A stretch of 64,000 nucleotides of DNA from an uncultured Deferribacteraceae bacterium (GCA_947313855.1 CAMZNS010000010.1:12769-76768); one strand, 5' to 3'. Shown: positions 1 through 10,034, counted from the first letter of the stretch. A program made the numbers and translations. Notes: a model not told the origin generated them from the letters alone.

Positions 1-10
1 CGAAAATACC

Positions 11-745
11 TCACATGGGAACCAACACAGTGATGATAGCAGATGAAACCTGATTCTTAGTCGCAGCATTAAATCGCAGACTCTGAATCACTTCAGCTAC
101 AATCTGCTCCTGAAGGGGGAACCCCCGCTGTATAAAGTTTGTGCTATAAACTCGCCCCGATCTATCCACCAAAATGTACGCTGTAAGGCTTGCAGCCTTA
201 GGTTCGTCCCCCTGCGTAGACTTGCCGATACCACCAACAATAAGGCGTGCCAATCGCTGAAGGTACGCGGCGATACGACCCTTCCCATAGCTGTCGATAA
301 CACTCTGCACGCTATCAAAGCCAACAAGTAGCCTCGGATTTGTCTGAAACGTAATATCTATGCTACCTCTGTCGAGTAGTAGTGTGCGTGGTAGAATATT
401 CCCCACAATAGGTGGGTATTCGAGTGTTTGTGTTCTGTCTGGTGTGATGCTGACAAGGGTGCTTGGTGCGGTGAAGTTGCTTGTCACCGTGCTGATAGGT
501 GCGTGGTTGTTGCTTGTGAGAGTGTTGTTGGTGCTAATTCTTAGTGGTGGTATCGGTTGTTGTTCGACCCCCATGTTGGGCAAAATCTCTTTGATGCTCG
601 GTTTGGCTATGAGGTATGTGATTGATGCTTCGCCCAAGGGTGTGTCAGGTCTTTTGTTTAGTGGTGCAAGAAGGATAACTAGTGCAACGATGCCCACAAT
701 ATGGAGTATTACTGAGACGGAGTAAGCTAGTCGAATTTTGTTCAT
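11..745 (-). CDS. TonB-family energy transducer (N-terminal membrane anchor; C-terminal domain only weakly TonB-like)
   Basis: Third gene of an exbB-exbD-tonB-type operon. N-terminal TM helix, Pro-containing linker, C-terminal ~90 aa with a weak TonB_C-like pattern. Could also be TolA-like. Confidence 0.5.
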   Translation of the reverse strand: MNKIRLAYSVSVILHIVGIVALVILLAPLNKRPDTPLGEASITYLIAKPSIKEILPNMGVEQQPIPPLRISTNNTLTSNNHAPISTVTSNFTAPSTLVSITPDRTQTLEYPPIVGNILPRTLLLDRGSIDITFQTNPRLLVGFDSVQSVIDSYGKGRIAAYLQRLARLIVGGIGKSTQGDEPKAASLTAYILVDRSGRVYSTNFIQRGFPLQEQIVAEVIQSLRFNAATKNQVSSAIITVLVPM

Positions 746-760
746 TGTGTTCCCATCGCA

Positions 761-1171
761 TTATTGGTTTGAGGCTGTTACAGCCACGGCAAAGTTTGTG
801 AAGCCGGCTCTTCTTGCCAAGGCGATAACGTCCATAACATCGCCATGGTAGGAGCCTTTATCAGCTTGAATGGATATATTTGTGTTTGGGTTGCCGAGGG
901 ATTCTTTGAAGATATCATCTTGGAAAGTAGCGATATTGGTTTCTTCACCGTTAATGAAAATGTGTCCGTCGTTGTTGATTTGCACTCGAATGGTGGTGCT
1001 CATCTCCATTTTTGTTTGCGTGTTCATTTCGGGTAGTCGAATGCTTACGGCGTCGGTGTACACGAGTGTTGAAGAGAAGATGAAGAATATTAGCAGTAGG
1101 AACACAACATCCACCATGGGTGCAGTGTTGATCTCTATACCTTTGCCTTTCTCACGGTCGATAAATTTCAT
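761..1171 (-). CDS. exbD: Biopolymer transport protein ExbD/TolR
   Basis: 136 aa, single N-terminal TM (VDVVFLLLIFFIF) and periplasmic domain typical of ExbD/TolR. Sits between the ExbB-like and TonB-like genes. Confidence 0.75.
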   Translation of the reverse strand: MKFIDREKGKGIEINTAPMVDVVFLLLIFFIFSSTLVYTDAVSIRLPEMNTQTKMEMSTTIRVQINNDGHIFINGEETNIATFQDDIFKESLGNPNTNISIQADKGSYHGDVMDVIALARRAGFTNFAVAVTASNQ

Positions 1172-1200
1172 ACTAGTTTTGCTTGCCTGCCTTGGTTTTG

Positions 1201-1857
1201 TTACTCTTTGAAGATGAGGTTGATGACGGAGGATGTATTTTTTTCAATAAAGACTGATATTGCTGTGATACGCATTTCGATGATGTGGTAGAACACTGCC
1301 GTGGGAATGGCAACAATAAGCCCAGCAGCTGTGGTAACAAGGGCGACGGCGATACCAGCGGAGAGGTATTGCATGTCGGTGTACCCTGTGTCTAGTATGG
1401 CGAAGAAGACTTGCATCATCCCTAGGACAGTACCGAGGAGACCAAGGAGTGGTGCGATGGTTGTGATGAGTTTGAGGGTTTGCAGGTATTTGTCTTGTTT
1501 CATGATTTCGTGTCGTCCTGCTTCTTCTGCCACTTCGAGTAGTCGCGAGAGGGGCATATCGAGGTTATTGAGTATGGAGTAGATGATACGTGAGAAGGGT
1601 GAGGAGTCTTTTTTGCAGAGTTCGATGGCTGCGGGTATATTTTTGTTTTTGATGTGTCTGTTTAGGTCGATAAGAAAGTTGTCGTTGATGAATTGTTTTT
1701 CACGAATGGAGAAAAACCGTTCGATGAATACGCCTACGGACACGATGGATAGTGCCACTAGGGGGTAGATAACCATTCCGCTCATGCCTGTAAACAACCA
1801 CATAATTATTAAAACCGCCACTATTCGTTTGTGTTGAGCTCTGAAGTATAGAAACAA
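1201..1857 (-). CDS. exbB: MotA/TolQ/ExbB proton-channel family protein
   Basis: 218 aa. Three TM segments and the conserved LGLLGTVLGMMQVF motif of the MotA_ExbB family. Confidence 0.75.
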   Translation of the reverse strand: MFLYFRAQHKRIVAVLIIMWLFTGMSGMVIYPLVALSIVSVGVFIERFFSIREKQFINDNFLIDLNRHIKNKNIPAAIELCKKDSSPFSRIIYSILNNLDMPLSRLLEVAEEAGRHEIMKQDKYLQTLKLITTIAPLLGLLGTVLGMMQVFFAILDTGYTDMQYLSAGIAVALVTTAAGLIVAIPTAVFYHIIEMRITAISVFIEKNTSSVINLIFKE

Positions 1858-1929
1858 TGCTTACGTACTTATTGTATCATGGTTCACCCTATTTGTATAT
1901 ATTTTACCTAGTCTATTTGCAAAATATTT

Positions 1930-2046
1930 GGCGGGGGGTGTGCGGGGGGTGTGGAGAGGTTGTGTGCGAGGGTGTGCGGGAGGTGTGGAGAGGTTGTGCG
2001 GGGGTGGTCGGTGGTCGGCAGTCGGCAGTCGGCAGTCGGTGGTCAG
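1930..2046. repeat. Intergenic G-rich tandem repeats (about 25-mer x2, then heptamer cggcagt x4)
   Basis: Direct reading of gtgcgg..gtggagaggttgtg duplicated, followed by ggtcggcagtcggcagtcggcagtcggtggtc. Confidence 0.8.
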
Positions 2047-3326
2047 AGTCGTCGCAAAACCGCACGGTAGAATCCGTCGGAGTTCTCGAGATGGGGCATG
2101 ATGTACCCCTGTCGCTCTAGGGTGAACTCGGTATTCGTACGCAAAAAATCTTGGATGACGGCTGTTGTTTCCGCCGGCTCGAGGGAGCAGACACAGTAGT
2201 GGATGTAGTGTTTGGTCAGGGGGGCAACATGGTGGAGCATGGCAAGCTGTATGGGTTGCAATGTTTGTATGTCGCATGAGTTTTTGATGGCACGAACTTC
2301 GGGATGGCGACGAACGGTGCCGAGGCAGGAGCATGGTGCATCGAGCAGTGTGATGTCGCACAGGGGCACATCTTGTGGTGTTACGTCCATGATATCCTTG
2401 TTGAGGGGGCGAACATTGGACACGTTGTAGCCTCGGAGGTAGCTTTTGAGGGTGTTGAATCGGGAGGGATTAATCTCCACAGCGTGTACGAGTGCGTCGG
2501 GTAGGAGTTTTGCCATGGCGACGGTTTTGCCTCCAGGTGCGGCACAGGCGTCTAGGATGTGCAGGGTGTTGTCGTTGACGTTGGTGTTGTCGTTGACGTT
2601 GGTGTTGTCGTTGGCGATTTTCTCCCCAAGCTCAACGGTTTCCAGTGCGACCATGGCAGAGCCCTTGTCCATAGGTAGTACGCCATGTTTCTGCAGGTCT
2701 GATTCGGTTTTCAGGTTTTGGGGGTGTTCGTCCACGCGTATAATTTTGCCCGTATTGAGGTCTAGTCCCCAGTAGACGGGGGGCGTATTGAGGGTTGTGA
2801 GTAGGGTGTGGAGTTCAGCTCCTGTGCAGTGTGTTTTGAGGTTGTTGATAAAGTTGTTGGGGAAGTCGTCGTAAATAGTGTGTTTTGCGAGGATACTCTC
2901 CTTGGTGCGTGCTATTTCCATGAGTATCCAGTTTACAAACGGTTTTTGGTGTTTGGGGGCAAGTTCAACGGTTGTGCTGACTGCGGCGTAGTCGGGTACG
3001 GAGTCCATGAAGAGTATTTGTGCAATACCCATGGCGATAATACTGCGTAGGGCGGGTGTGGTGGTGGATTTGCTGTGGGTATCGATTAGGGAGTCGATGA
3101 AGGGGAGGTGTCGCATGGTGTTCAGGAATATTTTACGGTAGAATTTGCCGTGTTCCGAGTTGAGGAAGAACTCTTCGCTGTAGGAGCCGTTGTACACTTG
3201 GAGGATGAGGGACGCCACAGTACGGCGTTCATTGGCGTTAGCGTTAGTATTGGCGTTAGCGTTAGCAACTCCTGACGGTGATGACTGAGGGTGTGCCTCG
3301 GTGTGTGTGTGCTTGTGTTCAATCAT
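2043..3326 (-). CDS. rsmB: 16S rRNA (cytosine967-C5)-methyltransferase RsmB/Sun
   Basis: SAM-binding motif LDACAAPGGKT and catalytic DAPCSCLGTVRRHPE. N-terminal NusB-like part. Contains in-frame tandem repeats (NVNDNT x3 at 2566-2616; ANANTNANAN at 3232-3268). Confidence 0.85.
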   Translation of the reverse strand: MIEHKHTHTEAHPQSSPSGVANANANTNANANERRTVASLILQVYNGSYSEEFFLNSEHGKFYRKIFLNTMRHLPFIDSLIDTHSKSTTTPALRSIIAMGIAQILFMDSVPDYAAVSTTVELAPKHQKPFVNWILMEIARTKESILAKHTIYDDFPNNFINNLKTHCTGAELHTLLTTLNTPPVYWGLDLNTGKIIRVDEHPQNLKTESDLQKHGVLPMDKGSAMVALETVELGEKIANDNTNVNDNTNVNDNTLHILDACAAPGGKTVAMAKLLPDALVHAVEINPSRFNTLKSYLRGYNVSNVRPLNKDIMDVTPQDVPLCDITLLDAPCSCLGTVRRHPEVRAIKNSCDIQTLQPIQLAMLHHVAPLTKHYIHYCVCSLEPAETTAVIQDFLRTNTEFTLERQGYIMPHLENSDGFYRAVLRRL

Positions 3327-3363
3327 TGTTCAGCGGGCTCCTTTTTTGGGGCGGGAAGTGGCT

Positions 3364-3418
3364 GTTAGCGTTAGCGTTGGCGTTGGCGTTGGCGTTGGCG
3401 TTGGCGTTGCGTTGGCGT
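3364..3418. repeat. Intergenic hexamer tandem repeat (gcgttg/gcgtta x about 9)
   Basis: gttagcgttagcgttggcgttggcgttggcgttggcgttggcgttgcgttggcg. Confidence 0.9.
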
Positions 3419-3440
3419 GAAGGAGTCAGCCTAGCTCTGC

Positions 3441-4736
3441 TTAGTTGTTGCGGAGGATGACAAAATCGCGTGAAACCCAGGCTTTAACACCGTTATCGGT
3501 ACGAATCTGCACCCAGTCGGGGTAGCTGACGCTGTCTATTACTTCGAGTCGGGAGTTGCGTGGCGACTGCAGTATAACATCGGAGTTGAGTGATGGTTGG
3601 TTGCGTAAGTTGAGTACGCGTGCAGCGACAATGGCGTAGTCATATTGGGGGGCAGGGATTACCTCGGGGCTGAGCTCAAGGAGGGGGGTGCCGAGGGTGA
3701 CAACGGTATCGACGGTGTCGGTGTCGATGTCGGTGTCGATGGTTACGATGGCGTCCTCTGTTAGAGAGTTGCGGTCATCCTCGAATAGTGTTGTGTATGT
3801 TTCGACGTCATTGGCTTGAATGTCCACCATGGCGTTGTTCCATTTGGGGTAGAGGAATACTGTGACCGGCACTGTAATAACGACGACTGGGATAACAATG
3901 GTGAAGAAGTTTCGAATGTGGTTATGGAGTCGTACGTTGTTGTTTTCAGGTTTGGGTGTGTCGAAGCAGTCCAGGTCTGCGATGCAGATGTGTTTGCTAC
4001 GTTTGAGGTACATTTGGAAGAGGAGTGTGTGTAAAATACGATTGAGTTGTTCCGTGTTGAGTTTGGATTTCAGGGCGATTGCGGTGATGGTGTCGTTGTC
4101 GTCGTAGCTGATGTGTAGTCGTTCGAATAGTTCAGCAATGCTTAAAACAACTAGGGGTAGGGTTACTTTGGGTAGCGTGTAGAATTCAACTCGGTTTGTC
4201 GCGAGGGTTCCGTTTAGGTGTTTGTTGCTGACTTCGCCAATAGAGGAGATAATTACTTTGGGGATGTCAAGGTTGAGAATATGTTTGTAGAAGTAGGGTG
4301 TGCTTTTCTTTGCGGTGTGGTTGCTGACAATCAGAACGAGGGAGTCTTTGTTGTCGTTGATAAATTCTAGGGTAGAGCTCCATGTGGTGTAGTACTGTTT
4401 TCTGAGTTGGTTTCCTGTTCGGGAGTAGATAGTGGCGTATACTGTATCTTCTGTGTCTGGGTCGTCATGGGTGTGTTTTTTGTCTGGAGAGTGTGGAATG
4501 AGTGTGGAGTCAACTATGCAGATATGTCCGTCGTTGATGCTGTTTGATACGGTGCTGTAGATGATGCTGGTGGTGTCGTGGTGTTTGTCGCCATCGATAA
4601 TGAAGACGTTGTTTTCGGACACCATGAAGTCGCATATCATCGGTTTGAGGTTGTAGAAGAACTCTTGGTCAAGGTTTATGTATTCCCCGTCGCTGTAGAG
4701 TCCTCGGTTGTTGTGGAAAAATTCGTTAAACGTCAT
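3441..4736 (-). CDS. Hypothetical bitopic membrane protein with a C-terminal bacterial SH3 (SH3b) domain
   Basis: 431 aa. About 270 aa N-terminal cytoplasmic domain of unknown fold, one TM (FFTIVIPVVVITVPVTVFLY), D/T-rich linker (TIDTDIDTDTVDTV), C-terminal YPDWVQIRTDNGVKAWVSRDFV SH3b-like module. Last gene of the ank-fapA-like operon. Confidence 0.6.
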   Translation of the reverse strand: MTFNEFFHNNRGLYSDGEYINLDQEFFYNLKPMICDFMVSENNVFIIDGDKHHDTTSIIYSTVSNSINDGHICIVDSTLIPHSPDKKHTHDDPDTEDTVYATIYSRTGNQLRKQYYTTWSSTLEFINDNKDSLVLIVSNHTAKKSTPYFYKHILNLDIPKVIISSIGEVSNKHLNGTLATNRVEFYTLPKVTLPLVVLSIAELFERLHISYDDNDTITAIALKSKLNTEQLNRILHTLLFQMYLKRSKHICIADLDCFDTPKPENNNVRLHNHIRNFFTIVIPVVVITVPVTVFLYPKWNNAMVDIQANDVETYTTLFEDDRNSLTEDAIVTIDTDIDTDTVDTVVTLGTPLLELSPEVIPAPQYDYAIVAARVLNLRNQPSLNSDVILQSPRNSRLEVIDSVSYPDWVQIRTDNGVKAWVSRDFVILRNN

Positions 4737-4903
4737 ATGGCATCACCACTACTTTTTATTATCCCCACGCTCATTTTTGTATGAACAATACCTAGTGCAC
4801 AGGACATACTGGGGTTTGTTTTGAAGCGTTGTTGTGTGTGTGGGGTATTGTTTTTAGATAGTATATGTTAACTTTGGTTGTATTTCTAGTGTTTTCCACT
4901 AGA

Positions 4904-6619
4904 TTATTTTTGGTAGTTTTTGTCGAATGAAACTGGCGTGTTCGATTCTTTAGTGAGCACTGTGTGTCGTGGTGTGTGTATGCGAGTACCCTCTTGCATT
5001 TTTTGTATGTCAGCGTAGAAATTATTACTGTATAGATTTTTGGAGAGAGAGTCAATATTTTCTTGCAGGTTTGTGATATGTTTTTTGAGGTCGGTTATTT
5101 GTTCAAAAACATGTTGGGGATAGTCCATATCGTCGTGAGGGTTGTTGTTGTCGAGTTCTTGTAGTTCGTGGATTTTTATTTCGGTGGTAAGAGCCTGTTT
5201 TTTGAGTTGGTATATTTTGTTTGCTTTTCGGTAGTGGAGTCCCATGTGTATGGATGTGGCGGAGCTACTGGGTGTGCCGATGGTGCCGAGGTATGCGTTG
5301 TGGTAGAAGGTGAGCATCCCCCCTGAGATAGAGGTTGTATCTTTGGTGAGTATGGTTTGTGTTGCCCATATTTTTGAGTTAAAAATATAGTTATCGATGA
5401 TGATAGTGTTGCCGTAGATGTTGGCTTGGCTGGAGTATGAGCAGTGTATGGTGGTGCCATGGATAGAGCTCCCCTTGCCGGCAATGCCATGGGATATGTA
5501 GAGCGTGCCCGTAGAAACTAGCGAAGAGCTCTGTACGGAGCCCATGATGTAGATGGCGTCACCTTGGATTGTGTACCCGCTTTCAACGTCGCTGTTAATG
5601 ATGATGCCACCTTGGAAGGTGATGGTTTTGTCTGTGGGTGGGAGTTTGTCGTAGGTTTTGTGTGGTAGGATGTGGAATGTGTTGTTGTTGAAGGAGACAA
5701 GTCCGGATGTGGTGGCTGTTACAATATTTGACTCTATTTTCACCCCTTGACCAGCGTTGATGGTGATTGTGTTGATTTTTTTGCTAGGAATAATCTCACC
5801 GGTCACAAGTATGGTATCGCGGGCTTGTGTGGCTGGTATTATGCGTGCGAAGCTCTCCCCTTTGTGGACGATGAGTGGTGCTGTTGAGTGCCACAGTAGT
5901 TGTTCCCTATGTTTTGCAAACAGTTGATTGGTGTTGTTTGTGTCGGTGTGTTGTTCAGTTTCGTCGGTATCGGGTTTTTTGTGGAACAGGAGTTTGGTGA
6001 GGTGTGTCAGCCAGCCCTCCTTCTTGGGTACCGATGTGATGTTGCTGTTTATTGTTGTCTTGTGCGGGGTTAGGGGGTTGTGTGCAGTGGTGTGGATGTG
6101 GTTTATGTTGTATCGGGGGTTAGGTTCCGTTGGTTGTATGGGCATTATGGAGGTATCGACGCCGTGTATCGGTTGTTGTTGGTGTGCGATGGGTGCTTGC
6201 AAGATGATGTACCCTTGTGAGGCGTACTGTAGGTATGTGTTGAGTGCTTCGGTGTTTATGAGTGGTTGGTAAAGGTTGTATTTTTTGACGATGTAGTGGG
6301 TTACGGCATCGGGGGAGAGGGATCGCCCTGCACCTAATCGGGGGTAGATGTTGACAGCGACCATGGAGCCATCGGGTTCGATGGAGAGTTTGATGCGTGC
6401 GTCCTGTTTTGGTGCCCGTCCGTCGCTATTTCCGCGAAATATTTTTGCACCGAGTGTGTCGGTTGTTTGGTAGATGCGGTATTGGGAGTTGTGGAGCTTG
6501 TAGACGTCGGTCAGTATTTTGTCGAGAGCATCGCGTCCTGCTTTGGATGGTATGAGGATTGTCATCCCCATGGCGTTATACTGAGCCGTATTTTTTGTAT
6601 TTTTTGATTGCGGTTTCAT
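4904..6619 (-). CDS. FapA-like (DUF342) protein: N-terminal domain, beta-helix-like G/I/V periodic repeats, C-terminal coiled coil
   Basis: 571 aa. Central region with periodic ..G..I.G.V..G.. repeats (ISHGIAGKGSSIHGTTIHCSYSSQANIYGNTIII) and a C-terminal heptad-rich tail, as in flagellar-assembly protein A / DUF342 proteins. Assignment from pattern memory, not a search. Confidence 0.5.
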   Translation of the reverse strand: MKPQSKNTKNTAQYNAMGMTILIPSKAGRDALDKILTDVYKLHNSQYRIYQTTDTLGAKIFRGNSDGRAPKQDARIKLSIEPDGSMVAVNIYPRLGAGRSLSPDAVTHYIVKKYNLYQPLINTEALNTYLQYASQGYIILQAPIAHQQQPIHGVDTSIMPIQPTEPNPRYNINHIHTTAHNPLTPHKTTINSNITSVPKKEGWLTHLTKLLFHKKPDTDETEQHTDTNNTNQLFAKHREQLLWHSTAPLIVHKGESFARIIPATQARDTILVTGEIIPSKKINTITINAGQGVKIESNIVTATTSGLVSFNNNTFHILPHKTYDKLPPTDKTITFQGGIIINSDVESGYTIQGDAIYIMGSVQSSSLVSTGTLYISHGIAGKGSSIHGTTIHCSYSSQANIYGNTIIIDNYIFNSKIWATQTILTKDTTSISGGMLTFYHNAYLGTIGTPSSSATSIHMGLHYRKANKIYQLKKQALTTEIKIHELQELDNNNPHDDMDYPQHVFEQITDLKKHITNLQENIDSLSKNLYSNNFYADIQKMQEGTRIHTPRHTVLTKESNTPVSFDKNYQK

Positions 6620-6680
6620 ATGGCTAAAGCCCCGTTCTTTTTAATTAGGTGCTTTTTTTGTGCATTTAGTTCCCATTTGT

Positions 6681-8066
6681 TTAGTTCCCTTTAATGACGA
6701 CGGGTGTTGTTACGCCACCGATACCTCTGGATACCGATGCTGGTGAGAGTTCTTGTCCGCCGGTGAGTAGAGAGTAGAGGGTTTCGTCGTTATTTGCGGC
6801 AGCAACATCGATTGCGGTGAGTCCGTCACTATTTTGCACAGTTGGTAGTGCACCGAATCGCAGTAGTATTGAGACCCCTTGGTTGTTAGAGTTGCTAACG
6901 GCGTAGTAGAGAGCGGTGTTGCCGAGGTTGTCTTGTGTGTTTGGGTTTGCACCGTTGAGCAGTAGTAGGTACATGGTTTGTATGCTTGACAGTTCGGAGG
7001 AGACGATGAGGGGTGTTTTTCTTTGTCCAACGCGTATGTTTACATCGGCACCGCTTTGGATTAGTCGTCGGACAACGTTGTAGTTGCTGAATGTTATTGC
7101 GATGGTGAGCGGTGTTTGTTGTTCGAAGTTGAGTCTGTTGGGTGATGCTCCTGCAGTGAGTAGTCGTTCGAGTATGTAGATGTTGCTTGTGCCTGATGCT
7201 ATCATGAGAGGTGTGTTGCCGTTGTTGTTGGATATATTTGGGTTGCTGGATTCGTCTAGGAGTAGGTCGACGATGCCGTTGTATCCGCCTTGTGTTGCGT
7301 AGAACAGTTCGTTGTTGCCGGATGTGTCCACAGTGTTTATTTTGGCACCACGGTTGAGTAGTTCTTTTACGATGAAAAGGTTCCCCTGTTTGGCGGCGAT
7401 CATGAGTGCTGTTTGTCCGTCGTTGTTTTTGTGATTGATGTTGATGCCTGAGTTGGCCAAAATAACGGCGATGTCGTTGTATCGGTTCCTTACGGATGCG
7501 ATGAGTGCGTTGTCTCCTGTGACGCTGTCCACTTGGTCTATCTCCACATTGGGGGAGGAGATCATGGATACGACCCTGTCTACTTCGCCACGGGATGAGG
7601 CAACGATGAGGAATATGTCACCGTCGTCGATGGGTGTGCCGGTGGGGTATGCAATGGCGATATCGGAGTTGTAGCTGTAGAAGAACGGGTTAACGTCACT
7701 GCGTCTCATGCGTATGGAGACGTAGTCGGGTTTGACCACTTGAATGCTTCCTGTGAGGTAGTCGGTAAGCATTCCGATGGGTGCGGCGGGGAGTAGTAGT
7801 AGGTTGGCGTAAAACCATGGGCTAATCCCGTCGTAGAATTCGATGGTGGCGTCTTCGTACCCTTGTCGACTGATGGTGATTGAGTCCACAGCGTTTTGGC
7901 TATTGATTTCGAGTAGTGCGGGTGTTTTGTAGTCTTTGCCGTTCACAAAAAAGTTTGAGTTGGGTGGATCGGTGTTGATGGGCACGTATTGTGTTGATGG
8001 GTTCATTAGGGTGGCACATCCGAGTAGTGCGAGTAGTGTTGGCACGAGCAGTAGTGTTAGCAGCAT
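6681..8066 (-). CDS. Ankyrin-repeat lipoprotein
   Basis: Probable start at the internal Met (8066), giving MLLTLLLVPTLLALLGCATL with lipobox LLGC. At least 6 ANK repeats (GNTPLMIA..., TPLTIAI..., KTPLIVSS..., GNTALYYAV...). The ORF extends to 8207 if the upstream Met is used. Confidence 0.75.
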   Translation of the reverse strand: MLLTLLLVPTLLALLGCATLMNPSTQYVPINTDPPNSNFFVNGKDYKTPALLEINSQNAVDSITISRQGYEDATIEFYDGISPWFYANLLLLPAAPIGMLTDYLTGSIQVVKPDYVSIRMRRSDVNPFFYSYNSDIAIAYPTGTPIDDGDIFLIVASSRGEVDRVVSMISSPNVEIDQVDSVTGDNALIASVRNRYNDIAVILANSGININHKNNDGQTALMIAAKQGNLFIVKELLNRGAKINTVDTSGNNELFYATQGGYNGIVDLLLDESSNPNISNNNGNTPLMIASGTSNIYILERLLTAGASPNRLNFEQQTPLTIAITFSNYNVVRRLIQSGADVNIRVGQRKTPLIVSSELSSIQTMYLLLLNGANPNTQDNLGNTALYYAVSNSNNQGVSILLRFGALPTVQNSDGLTAIDVAAANNDETLYSLLTGGQELSPASVSRGIGGVTTPVVIKGN

Positions 8067-8465
8067 ATTGCGTTGTTGTGTGTATTGCGATGGTGCTTTG
8101 CCGACGATAACGCTACTGCTAACGCCACTGCTAACGCTACTGCCGACGATAACGCTGTGGGTAGAGTGTTGGTGGGCGTTAGGGTTGTTTTTCGTAAGTA
8201 TACGCATACCGTTAAGCTCCCTTTGTGGCTGGTAACTTTAGTGTGTTGCACTATGTTTATTGTTTATTCATGTCTCACCTATTTACAATCATACACCAAA
8301 ATAATAGTAGTGGTCAAGTATATTGGCGACTTAATAACGGAATATTCCGTGTACATATTTTATTTGCATGTTGTATAATTGCTATGTGTATTGTAAGATT
8401 GCTCTGACGGAAGTGTTGGAGACAGCAAAACGCAATAAACAACTTTGTTTTGGGAGGTAGTTAGT

Positions 8466-9785
8466 ATGCGAGTAGTAAGCTACACAGAAGGGTGGAGCGG
8501 GCTGAAAACGGTGACGGTAACGGCAATGTTGCTGCTAATGTTAACGATAATGCTGGCTATGGTTACCGCAACAGCAGTCGCATCACCATACTACGTAAAC
8601 TCCCTGCGTGCCCAAGGTATGGGGAACGCCTACACAGGCGTCTCCAACGACAAGTATGCACCATTCTACAACCCTGCAGGGCTGACCTATCTGCGAGAAA
8701 ACAGCATCGTAACCATTCTTGACGGCTCTTATGGCGAAGTGAGCAATCTTGTGCAAGATCTCTACGGCGACTACTCAGATGTCAAGCCGATTATCGACAG
8801 CACCGATATCATTGATCAGGTCGAGGGTGTGTCTGATATTCTGAATACACCGTCAACTTACCGATACTACAAGATAGCTCTGATGCCCCTAGCGTATACC
8901 AAACGTAAGTTTGCCATAGGAACATACGGTGTTGCCAATGCGTACGCCATCTACGGCGGCGACTACATCGAGCTGGAGCTACCCGACAGCATGGATGATA
9001 TCGAGTCTCTATCCGACCTACTCGACCTGCTATCATTCGACCCGGCAAAAGCACCCGTGGGAATAGCTTACACCGAGGCTGGAGCGGGTATCTACACCGC
9101 TCTGTCAAACGACTTTGGCGTAGGGGTAGGACGACTCTCTTACGGCGGTAACATAAGGGTTGGAACAAGATTCACGGGGCTAGGAACAGTAAACCTCGAC
9201 CTAAAACTAAAACAAGTAAGGGCAGAAACAGCGGTAACAGCAGTGTCGGACTTAGGACTAATGTATGCACTAGGTGAAACAGGGCTTCGATACCAAATGG
9301 GTGCCTCCTACAACAATATCTTTATCGCAGAAACAGCAATCAAGCAAAAGAAAGGGGACAAGCCGTTCCCCTACAACAGCTACCTAACACCGACGGTACT
9401 CAATATCGGTGGTGCAATCATCATTCCCACAGGCTCACAACCAACCATCGACGGCATTACCCTTGCCGTGGACCTACCCGACGCACTAGACCAACGGAAC
9501 ATATCTGACTACCGAATAGGCAATCAGTACGCGAATATGTTTAACTATGGTGCTGAAGTGAATTTTGCAGAACGGTTTGCATTACGCACAGGGCTAAACG
9601 AAGGGTATGGCACAGCGGGTGCGGGCATCAGACTGCTAGGACTCACAGTGGACTACGCCTACTACGTGGAAACACCTCCTGCCCCCGTAACCATTGAAAC
9701 AGGTGTGGAGGACGGCACCCTAACACTATTCGCCAATCGTGGAGCGGTACGCAAGCACTCGGTTAATGTTGGGTTCAACTTCTAG
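8466..9785 (+). CDS. FadL/OmpP1/TodX-family outer-membrane hydrophobic-compound transporter
   Basis: Signal peptide. N-terminal hatch region RAQGMGNAYTGVSNDKYAPFYNPAGL with the FadL-family NPA motif. About 440 aa, terminal Phe (VNVGFNF). Strong RBS GGGAGG 8 nt upstream of ATG 8466. The ORF track's 8445 start is a TTG extension. Confidence 0.65.
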   Translation: MRVVSYTEGWSGLKTVTVTAMLLLMLTIMLAMVTATAVASPYYVNSLRAQGMGNAYTGVSNDKYAPFYNPAGLTYLRENSIVTILDGSYGEVSNLVQDLYGDYSDVKPIIDSTDIIDQVEGVSDILNTPSTYRYYKIALMPLAYTKRKFAIGTYGVANAYAIYGGDYIELELPDSMDDIESLSDLLDLLSFDPAKAPVGIAYTEAGAGIYTALSNDFGVGVGRLSYGGNIRVGTRFTGLGTVNLDLKLKQVRAETAVTAVSDLGLMYALGETGLRYQMGASYNNIFIAETAIKQKKGDKPFPYNSYLTPTVLNIGGAIIIPTGSQPTIDGITLAVDLPDALDQRNISDYRIGNQYANMFNYGAEVNFAERFALRTGLNEGYGTAGAGIRLLGLTVDYAYYVETPPAPVTIETGVEDGTLTLFANRGAVRKHSVNVGFNF

Positions 9786-9805
9786 GGGGAGCAACACACA
9801 GCATA

Positions 9806-9889
9806 AACAGACGCACAGACGCACAGACGCACAGACGCACAGACGCACAGACGCACAGACGCACAGACGCACAGACGCACAGACGCACA
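9806..9889. repeat. 8-bp tandem repeat (cagacgca x about 10)
   Basis: Direct reading. Immediately after the stop of the FadL-like gene. Confidence 0.9.
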
Positions 9890-9924
9890 TCCATGGTTTA
9901 CATCCCGTGCAGAAATGGTCGTAG

Positions 9925-9961
9925 AAAAAGGGTAACTAGCTAGCAGCTGGCTACCCTTTTT
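9925..9961. terminator. Bidirectional rho-independent terminator candidate between convergent genes
   Basis: aaaaaGGGTAactagctagcagctggcTACCCttttt: a GC stem flanked by an A-run and a T-run. Lies between the 3' ends of the FadL-like (+) and ccdA (-) genes. Confidence 0.5.
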
Positions 9962-10034
9962 GCATGTTTGTTGCATGTTTGTTGCATGTTTGTTTTGCGT
10001 TCGGTACACCCTTAAGATTCAGTGCCTTGCTATC

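Noticed and set aside
8067-8207. N-terminal 47-aa extension of the ankyrin ORF containing the gctaacgccactgctaacgctactgcc repeat
   Set aside because: The internal Met at 8066 gives a textbook lipoprotein signal (LLGC lipobox). The upstream extension is repeat-derived, so it is more likely a 5' UTR than coding.
8445-8465. ORF-track start of the FadL-like gene at 8445 (MFWEVVS...)
   Set aside because: That codon is TTG and it overlaps the GGGAGG RBS. ATG 8466 with 8-nt spacing is the credible start.
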